Below are positions 46,012 through 54,200 of a DNA stretch of 64,000 nt, piece after piece. Under the pieces are notes generated by a model that was not told where the DNA came from, ran no database searches, and was given only the letters and a program-made list of their open reading frames with translations. The position numbers and the translations under genes were made by a program. Position 1 is the stretch's first letter. Each line of letters opens with the position of its first letter. The stretch is from a bacterium (lineage in GTDB: Bacteria; Bacillota; Clostridia; Oscillospirales; Acutalibacteraceae), in NCBI GenBank assembly GCA_004560045.1, contig SFWF01000001.1, forward strand, positions 9,524 through 73,523. The letters are read 5' to 3'.

Positions 46012-47370
46012 TTATTTATATTCGGTAAGAACGCTCTTTAAAAGCGCTACGGTTTCCACATGGGCGGTACGGGGGAAAAGGTCGAAGGGAGTATATTCCT
46101 TTAGTTTATAACCGAGATCTTCGAGGATCTTTAGATCTCTCGCCAAAGTTGCGGGGTCGCAGGAAACGTAGACGAGAGTCTCGGGGCGGAAATCCTTCGA
46201 AATGGTATTTAAAAGCTCCTCAGAGCAGCCCTTTCGGGGCGGGTCGACGATAACGACGTCGGGTTTTATATTCCTTTCGGCTAAGGTTTTCGCCGCTTCG
46301 GCCGCATCGCCGCAGATAAATTCGGCATTATCTATTCCGTTTTGCTCGGCACTCAGCTTCGCGTCCTCTATAGCCTCGGGAATTATTTCTACGCCGATGA
46401 TTTTTTCGGCTTCCTTTGCCATGGAAAGGCCTATGGTTCCCGCGCCGCAATAAAGGTCTAAAACGGTTTTTCCCTTCGGCTCGGCATAGTCTCTCGCCTT
46501 TTCGTAAAGCCTTTCGGCCATATCGCGGTTGACCTGATAGAAGGAAAGGGGGCTTATACGGATCTTAACTCCGCAAAGATAGTCGTAAATATAGCCGTCG
46601 CCGTAAATATTCACACATTCATCCGAAAGAATAACGTTGGTTTTCTTTTTATTTATGTTTAATACGACAGTTTTAAGGCTTTCGCCCAGCTCGGCCGACA
46701 AATCGTCTATAAGACGCTGCGCCGCGACGACCTTATCGCCGTTTATAACGAGGCAGACCATAATCTCCCCCGTCACCATAGCCTTACGGATATAGAGATG
46801 ACGGACGAGTCCCCTGCCCGTTTCTTCGATATAGGGCGGATTTCCCGAGGTATACATCCAATAGGAGAATATCTGCGCGATACGGCTGAATTCCTCGGGC
46901 TGAAGCGCACAGGTATCCGAGGGGATTATGCGGTGAGAATGATTTGCGAAAAAGCCCACCGAGCCGTTTTGCGCCACGGGGTACTGCGCTTTATTGCGGT
47001 AGCCCTTTATTTTTTTGTCCGAAACTATCTCCTCGGGCGGCATATCTATTCCGCCGATACGCTTTACGGCGTCGGCAACACGCTGTGCCTTGATCTTCAG
47101 CTCCTCGTCGTAGGAGATATGACGGTAGACGCAACCGCCGCATTTAGAAAAAACCTCGCAGTCGGGCTCGCATCTACCCTCTCCGTATGAGAGGATATCT
47201 TCAATTTTTCCAAAGGCACAGTTTGATTTGACCTTTAAAATTTTAACCCTTAGCTCGTCGCCTATTGCGGTTTGGGGCACAAAAACGGCAAGCCCCTCGT
47301 ATCGGCCGATTCCCGACCCCTCGGAGGACATTGCGGTTATGCTTAAAGGGATAATATCGTTCTTTTTCAT
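46012..47370 (-). CDS. rlmD: 23S rRNA (uracil-C5)-methyltransferase RlmD/RumA with TRAM domain
   Basis: TRAM N-domain, CEVFSKCGGC cluster, DLYCGAGTIG, VSCDPAT, and C-terminal DLFPRTAHVETV. Confidence 0.9.
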   Translation of the reverse strand: MKKNDIIPLSITAMSSEGSGIGRYEGLAVFVPQTAIGDELRVKILKVKSNCAFGKIEDILSYGEGRCEPDCEVFSKCGGCVYRHISYDEELKIKAQRVADAVKRIGGIDMPPEEIVSDKKIKGYRNKAQYPVAQNGSVGFFANHSHRIIPSDTCALQPEEFSRIAQIFSYWMYTSGNPPYIEETGRGLVRHLYIRKAMVTGEIMVCLVINGDKVVAAQRLIDDLSAELGESLKTVVLNINKKKTNVILSDECVNIYGDGYIYDYLCGVKIRISPLSFYQVNRDMAERLYEKARDYAEPKGKTVLDLYCGAGTIGLSMAKEAEKIIGVEIIPEAIEDAKLSAEQNGIDNAEFICGDAAEAAKTLAERNIKPDVVIVDPPRKGCSEELLNTISKDFRPETLVYVSCDPATLARDLKILEDLGYKLKEYTPFDLFPRTAHVETVALLKSVLTEYK

Positions 47371-48170
47371 AGTTGTTCCTTACTGTAGAATTCTAAGGTT
47401 CGGTTGTAGTTTACTATAGTATAGCGGCAATGCACCACGTAGCAGCTTAAAATTAAGGGCGCGGTATATATCATCGGAACGATAAGCAGAGACAGCAGCA
47501 TCCAGCCTATCAGACTTACCACAAGGGCCGCAAAGGCTCCCATAGAGCTGGAGGATATCATCGTGCTTATATGAACGGCCTCGTAGATAAGCAGATCGTC
47601 ATCCATCGCCACGAGCGCGGCAAAGAGATAATATCTTGCGAAAAGGATAAGGCCGATGAAAATTCCCGCATACTTTAAAAATGCGCTCAGCAGAGCAATC
47701 CCCGCTACCCAAAGGGGTACCTCGGTACCGAGAAAATTATAAAGCCAGGTATTCGAAAGCAGGGCGGTTACAAAATAGGGCAGCATTGACGGTATAAAAA
47801 CGGTTAAAAATTTAAAAAGAATTATAAAAACGCTCTTTATCGCCCTTTTATAAAGGGTAAAGCTTCCGAAATAGTAGAAGGCTTCGGTAGGGGCTTCCTC
47901 CAGACCTTCGGTAAGCCGCCAGAAATAGCGGACCGCACCGAGGAACAGAGGAAATATCGCAAAGGCGGTAAAAATCAGGGAAAAAAGGGTTACGAATATT
48001 CCGTAGCGCTCGGGAAAGACCGTATAGGCGCAGGAGGCTATTATATGTAAAATGTAGTAGGCAAAAACGGGTAAAAGCGAGGCCACGACGGCGCCGAAGT
48101 ATTTACCCGTCAGAGCAGCTCTGGCCGTGCTTTTTACGACCATTGAGCTCGGGATTTTTTCAGGAAACAT
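47367..48170 (-). CDS. Polytopic membrane protein, DUF975-like
   Basis: Track ORF with 5-6 TM helices. The family assignment is tentative. Confidence 0.45.
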   Translation of the reverse strand: MFPEKIPSSMVVKSTARAALTGKYFGAVVASLLPVFAYYILHIIASCAYTVFPERYGIFVTLFSLIFTAFAIFPLFLGAVRYFWRLTEGLEEAPTEAFYYFGSFTLYKRAIKSVFIILFKFLTVFIPSMLPYFVTALLSNTWLYNFLGTEVPLWVAGIALLSAFLKYAGIFIGLILFARYYLFAALVAMDDDLLIYEAVHISTMISSSSMGAFAALVVSLIGWMLLSLLIVPMIYTAPLILSCYVVHCRYTIVNYNRTLEFYSKEQL

Positions 48171-48193
48171 CTTTTCTCCTTAAGGTTAGAATT

Positions 48194-50551
48194 TTAAAGT
48201 GTTTTAAGCTTTGCATAGCCTGCCATAATCTTTTTGGTTCCGACGTTTTCGAAGGCGATTTCCAGCATTGCGTCGTTGCCCATGGGGGTAACGGCAGTTA
48301 TCATTCCGACACCGAAGGTCTTATGCTCAACCCTCATTCCTGCCGAATAAGAGACGGCAGAGGCCGAAGGCTTTACGGTTTGAATCGGGGTTGGACGGCG
48401 GAAAACGTCCTTATAGTCGTAGCCGCCGCTCTGTGACGGTCTTACGGGGACTGCGGCGGCAGGTCTGCGGTAGGCCGAGGTCACCTCACAGAGTGACTGC
48501 GGTATTTCGGTTACGAAGCGGGAGGGCAGGTTTCTAGAGGTCGAGCCGTATATCATACGGGTATTCGCGTTGGTTATATAAAGCTTTCTTTTGGCTCTTG
48601 TTATGGCAACGTAGGCAAGTCGGCGCTCCTCCTCGATCTCTTCGGGACCTGCGTAAAGGGTCTGGGTTCCGGGGAAAAGTCCCTCCTCCATACCTACGAG
48701 GAATACCTTTTTGAATTCGAGGCCCTTGGCCGAATGAACGGTCATAAGGATTACGGCGTCGTCGCCCTCCTCGTAGGAGTCGATGTCGCTTATAAGGGAT
48801 ATCTCCTCGAGGTAGCCCGAAAGGCCTACGTCGGGGTTTTCGTTTTCAAACTGAATAATACCCGTCTCGAGCTCCTTAACGTTTTCGGCTCGGTCCTGAC
48901 CCTCGGGGCCCTCGGCCATAAGAGCGTTTATATAGCCCGTTTTGGCGAGGACGAGCTCGAAAAGTTCGTGTATCGGCATTTCGTCCGCGGCGGCGGTAAG
49001 CTCGTCGATAAGCTGACAAAAAGCTTCAAGCTTAACCCTTGCGCGGGAAAGCAGAGGATATTCGGCGGCATTATGAAGCACCTCGTAGAGGGAGACACCG
49101 AGAGAAGAGGCAATCTGCTGAGCGTTGGCGACGGTAGTATCGCCAATACCTCTTTTAGGCTCGTTGATTATGCGCTTTAAGCGAATATCGTCGCAGTTAT
49201 TGTCAATAAGGCGGAGATATGCCAAAACGTCGCGTATCTCCTTACGGTCGAAGAAGCGGTGACCGCCGATTATTCGGTAGACGATACCGCTTCGGGCAAA
49301 TACGTTTTCTATCGAGCTCGACTGCGCGTTGGTGCGGTAGAGGATTGCGTGGTCGGCAAATTTGGCTCCACCCTTTACGTTTTCGAGTATTTTATCGGCA
49401 ACGTATCTTGCCTCGTCGTTTTCGTCCATAGCGGTATGAAGGGTTATTTTTTCTCCCTCGCCGAAATCGGTCCAGAGGTTTTTACCCTTTCGTCCCACGT
49501 TATTTGCGATAACGGCGTTGGCGGCATCGAGGATATTTCCCGTAGAGCGGTAGTTCTGCTCAAGCTTTATTACCACCGCATCGGGGTATTTCATTTCGAA
49601 ATTAAGGATATTTTCGATAGTAGCGCCGCGGAAGCGGTAGATAGACTGATCGTCGTCACCTACGACGCAGATATTGCGGTGAACGCTTGCGAGAAGCTTA
49701 CAAAGCTTATACTGCGCGTGGTTGGTATCCTGATACTCGTCCACCATTATGTAGCGGAACTTATTGGCATAGTATTCGAGGACGTCGGGCTCCTGCTTAA
49801 GCAGCTTTACGGCATTCAGTATCATACTGTCGAAGTCCATAGCGTCGGCGGCAAGAAGCCGTTCCTCATACTGCGCATAAAGTCGGGCAATCATTTTTTC
49901 GCGGAAATCGCTGCCTATGTTCTGAGCATAGGCTTCGGGGGAAATAAGCTTGTCCTTAGCGGAGGAAATAGCGTTCAGCACCGTTTTTATCGGGACTATC
50001 TTTTCATCGAAATCGTTTTGCTTAATAAGGTCCTTTATAAGACGCTTCTGATCGTCGGTATCGTAGATGGTAAAATTGCTCGTATAGCCGAGACGGTCGC
50101 CGAAGCGGCGAAGCATTTTTCCGCAGACCGAATGAAAGGTTCCTGCCCAGACACCCGAGGTCTCGCTTCCGAGTCTTGCGGCAATACGCTCCTTAAGCTC
50201 CCCTGCCGCCTTATTGGTAAAGGTTATTGCAAGAATTTCCCAAGGCTTTGCCGCATCTACCGACATATTCCAAAACTCGGGAAGGTCGCACTTACCGTTT
50301 ATATAGTCGTCGGCGGCCTCTGCGTCATTCTCGAAAAAAGCGGGTACCTCGTCGGAATTGTAGGCGTTTCCGTATTTAATAAGGTAGGCGATTCGGTTGA
50401 CGAGAACGGTGGTTTTTCCGCTTCCCGCGCCTGCCAGCACCAAAAGAGGGCCGTTTGCGGTGGTTACGGCCTTAAGCTGCATATCGTTCATATTCGAAAA
50501 TTCTTTTTCGATAACCTTTTTGCGAAGGTTTATAAAATCCTGAGAGTTCAT
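48194..50551 (-). CDS. pcrA: ATP-dependent DNA helicase PcrA/UvrD
   Basis: SF1 motifs AGAGSGKTT, DEYQDTN and VHSAKGLEF, plus a Tudor-like C-terminal tail. Confidence 0.95.
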   Translation of the reverse strand: MNSQDFINLRKKVIEKEFSNMNDMQLKAVTTANGPLLVLAGAGSGKTTVLVNRIAYLIKYGNAYNSDEVPAFFENDAEAADDYINGKCDLPEFWNMSVDAAKPWEILAITFTNKAAGELKERIAARLGSETSGVWAGTFHSVCGKMLRRFGDRLGYTSNFTIYDTDDQKRLIKDLIKQNDFDEKIVPIKTVLNAISSAKDKLISPEAYAQNIGSDFREKMIARLYAQYEERLLAADAMDFDSMILNAVKLLKQEPDVLEYYANKFRYIMVDEYQDTNHAQYKLCKLLASVHRNICVVGDDDQSIYRFRGATIENILNFEMKYPDAVVIKLEQNYRSTGNILDAANAVIANNVGRKGKNLWTDFGEGEKITLHTAMDENDEARYVADKILENVKGGAKFADHAILYRTNAQSSSIENVFARSGIVYRIIGGHRFFDRKEIRDVLAYLRLIDNNCDDIRLKRIINEPKRGIGDTTVANAQQIASSLGVSLYEVLHNAAEYPLLSRARVKLEAFCQLIDELTAAADEMPIHELFELVLAKTGYINALMAEGPEGQDRAENVKELETGIIQFENENPDVGLSGYLEEISLISDIDSYEEGDDAVILMTVHSAKGLEFKKVFLVGMEEGLFPGTQTLYAGPEEIEEERRLAYVAITRAKRKLYITNANTRMIYGSTSRNLPSRFVTEIPQSLCEVTSAYRRPAAAVPVRPSQSGGYDYKDVFRRPTPIQTVKPSASAVSYSAGMRVEHKTFGVGMITAVTPMGNDAMLEIAFENVGTKKIMAGYAKLKTL

Positions 50552-50681
50552 TGAATCGTTCCTTTAAGCACAGTTATACAGATATATTATACTATATTAC
50601 TCTTTCTAATTCAATGAGAAATATATTAAATTTAAGGATAATATCATACGGTTAGACATATAATTAAACCGAGGTGGTTTT

Positions 50682-51158
50682 ATGAAACCCATTAACTTAA
50701 AAATGCTTTTAACAGCCATAGCCATTCCCGAGCTTGTCGGTCTTCTTTCGGCGGTAATAACGGGAAATATCGGAGATACCTACAAAAGCTTCGAGCAGCC
50801 TCCCCTATCTCCCCCGGGAATTATTTTTCCTATAGTATGGGTCATACTTTACGGGCTTATGGGGGTTGCGTCCTACATTATTTTCGAGGAAAGAAAAGCA
50901 AGTGAAGAAAATCAGAAGCAGGCTCTTACCTTTTACGGGATACAGCTTGCCGTAAACTTTATATGGCCGATTTTATTTTTTAAATTCGAGGCCTATACCC
51001 TATCGGTGTTCGTGATAATACTTCTTCTTGTTTTGGTTATAATTACGGCCCTTAAATTTAAAGAGATCAACACGGTTGCCTTTTGGCTTATGGTACCGTA
51101 TATAATCTGGCTGCTCTTCGCGACCTACCTTAATATCGGCGTCGCGGTGCTGAACTGA
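50682..51158 (+). CDS. tspO: TspO/MBR tryptophan-rich sensory protein
   Basis: Five TM helices with TspO-type Trp-rich motifs (PPGIIFPIVWVILY, VNFIWPILFF). Confidence 0.85.
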   Translation: MKPINLKMLLTAIAIPELVGLLSAVITGNIGDTYKSFEQPPLSPPGIIFPIVWVILYGLMGVASYIIFEERKASEENQKQALTFYGIQLAVNFIWPILFFKFEAYTLSVFVIILLLVLVIITALKFKEINTVAFWLMVPYIIWLLFATYLNIGVAVLN

Positions 51159-51223
51159 AAAAAGAAAAACCTCTTTGTGAGAGTTTTACCGTGTGTTTTG
51201 GTTATTTCGCACGTTGAAAATGC

Positions 51224-51253
51224 GAAAAGGCCGCCTAAAAAGGCGGTCTTTTC
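51224..51253. terminator. Terminator between convergent tspO and the 1845-aa gene
   Basis: GAAAAGGCCGCC-TAAAAA-GGCGGTCTTTTC (12-bp arms, 1 mismatch). Confidence 0.6.
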
Positions 51254-51269
51254 GCTTGAAAGGATATAT

Positions 51270-54200
51270 TTAATTAGGATAAATCAGTTTTTCGTTGTTA
51301 CCCTGGCCTACGGAGAAGCGGTAAACACGTTCGGAGGATACCGATATTGCGTTAAAGCAGGCTTCGGTCTTAGTTCCGCGCTTTCTTACGTAGACTCTCC
51401 AGGGGAGATCCTTACGGTTTACGCTACTCGTGGCAAGAGCCTCGTAGGTCTGATCTCCCGACTGGTCAACGCTTGCGGAGGGTGTGCATATCTGCCAGAG
51501 GTCGACGTCGCTTTCATAGAGAGAAAGCTCGAGGTGCTGATGACCGAACTGCCAGGTTATGATGTCGCCGTTCTTACCGGCAAAGCTTGCGTTTACGGAT
51601 ACTGCGTTACCCCAGTTATCGGTGAGGGAGGCGGTATAGGTGCCTCCTGCACCGAAGGTCTTAATAAGCTCACGGATCTCTTCGCCGAACCAGACCTTGG
51701 AGTTATAGCAATTGGTTGCCCTATCTATACCCATGTGGGAAACGAAGATGACGTCGTAATCGGCAGGAAGCTGTCCGAGTGCGTCCTCTGCAAGCCAGCG
51801 GACCTGGTCGGCCGAATAGCCCCAATAGTTACATCCGTGATAATATTTTGCGCTGTCGGTAGTGCCGTTAGCGTCCTTCACGGGCATACCGTCGAGGAGT
51901 CCGTCGCCGTTAATGTCGCCGAGGACATAGCCGTTTTCGTCATATTTGGCCTCGTAGTCGAGGGCATCGAGGGCGATAACACGGGTCTTTTTATCCTCTA
52001 AATCGTAGTAGTAATACTTGGAATTTGCACGCTTTGCGGGATCGTCCTGAACTACGGTTATACCGTTTCGGTTGGTGTAGCGGTCGATAATATTGTTCTG
52101 CCAGTCGAGGTCGGTAATAACTCTTTCCTCATAAAGCTCCCTGTTGGTATTTGAGCCCGCAAGGAGATGATAGGAGTTGTCGTCGTGGTTACCCATAAGG
52201 ACGAATACCGGCTTGGTGCAGGCAAGGAAGGGGTCTAAAGCGGCCTGAGTCCAATTAACGGCCTCCTCTTTAGAGCCGTACATACCCGTAGTGGTATCTC
52301 CGCCGATCACAACGAAGTCGATATCGTCGTTCTCGTTGGCCATTTTAGCCATAAGGGCGGCCTGCTTCAGAAGGGAGGCATTATCGATGCCACCAAAGTG
52401 AATATCGGTGATGAAGAGATAGTTTACGGCGTCTGAGCCTACCTCGCTTATCTTCTCGGAGACTATCTGAGCCTCAATTCCGTAGTAGAGCTCGTCTTTA
52501 GTTCCTGCGTGAACGAGGTATTTAAGCTCGGAGGGAACACTTATCTTACTGAAGTCGGGTCTTGCAGAGAAGAGGACGTAGGAGCTCTCGGTTACTACGC
52601 CGTTTTCTACCGCACCGTTTGCGACAAAGAGGTCGTTATAGGTGGTAACGGTATAGTCAGCGTCGTCGGGAAGGATCGTTCCCTCGGGGAGGTATACGTA
52701 GTAGGCCGAAAGGTCGGCATTGTCGGGGATAATGTCCTTAGCGGCAGGAATGTCGGTAACCGATGCGGTTAAAACGTCGGTATAGTATTCGGTGCCGTCG
52801 GTGAGTTTTACGTATCCGCGAACAGATACCTTATAGTCGTCATTCTTCTCGAAGCCTTCAAGATATGCCGAGTATACGGTAGTACCCGTGATGGGGTTGA
52901 CGCTCCAATTTTTGGTAAGGTCGGTCTGAGAAAAGGCGAAGATTCCTGCCTTATCGGCGTTTTCGAGGGTGAGGGCGGTGTCGACCTCTGCGCCCTTAAC
53001 GAGTACGCCGTGCTCGGCAACGGTATAATCTCTGCCTGCCATATTTATGACGTTATCATTTCCGTCATACGAAAGCATAAAGCGGAGGGCTTCGCCGTCA
53101 TCGGTGGTCTCGGCCTCAACACCTACCGATTCGGTAGCCGAGGAGACGATTACCGTATCGATAAATACGGTAGCGTTGGTTGCGGCGCTGAGCTTTGCGG
53201 CAAGTACGGTGTTATCTGAAACGCCGTAGGGGGTTATGATAACGCTTGCGAGCTTCCATTCATCAGAGGCGGGAAGACTTGCGGAGGAGGCGACCTTAAC
53301 GCCGTTTTCGATCAGGCCGTCTGCAAGGCCGATTCCGAAGGAGAAATTAGCGTCGGATTTATAGAAGAAATCTACGCGGTAGGTCTTGCCTTCGATAACG
53401 TCGAGGGTGTGGTCGTTCTTAAGCTCGAAGAAGGCGGGAGCAGAGGCAGAAAGGTTTGCCTTAAGGGAGAAGCTTCCCGTATTATAGGCTTCGTCGGAAA
53501 TTACGGCATTCTTAAGACCCTGGGTGCGCTGAGCGTAGGTGTCGAAGCCGACGAAGATATCCTGATTTTTTGCCGTAACAGAGGGAACATCGGTTACCTT
53601 ATCGCAGTATAGATTCTGATCGAAGTTGCCGAATTTCATTACGGGGGCGGAGGTGCAGGCCTCGTCGGAATACCAGTTGCCGTACATCATCTTGGATGCG
53701 GTAGCGGTGGGATCGTAGAGGGAGTAGGTCTCCTCGCTGTAGTAGGCGGGGAGGTTTATAGCGCTTCCGGGAAGTCCCTCGAAGGTGTCCTTAAGGACGT
53801 AGCTTGAGCCGTCCTTAACGTAGAGGTTGACGTTAGTGACCTTTTCGATCTTAATATAGTCGAGGTCGTAGTCCATCTTATAACCTGCGCAGAGAAGACC
53901 GGTATAGAAACGGTTTGCAACCCGGCCCGAATTGGACATTACGGGATATTCGTCGGGGGTGATGAAGTAGACGGTTATAGTCTGCCAATTTTCGGAGGCG
54001 GTAAGACCTGATTTAAGGGTTACTGTAGCGGTTTTGTTATCGTTATCGGCGTAACACTGACGTCCGTTGTTAGTTCCGTAGAACATAGCGATGGAGGGAG
54101 AGCCGCCACCTGTACTGTTTATACGGACGCGATAGGTCATTTTAAAAGTAGTGCCTGTGGGAAGGACCTGACCGCTTTCGGCATCGCTGTTCGTATTGGT

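Noticed and set aside
49259-50554. 431-aa plus-strand ORF
   Set aside because: It is fully antisense to the clearly genuine pcrA helicase gene and has no recognisable motifs. Long antisense ORFs recur throughout this window: 36637..37776 opposite mrdA, 11209..12264 opposite DUF512, 55821..56774 and 51177..52001 opposite the 1845-aa gene, 22356..23231 opposite spoIIIAF/AG, and 13842..14669 opposite pgi. They are best explained by codon bias of the sense genes removing antisense stops.
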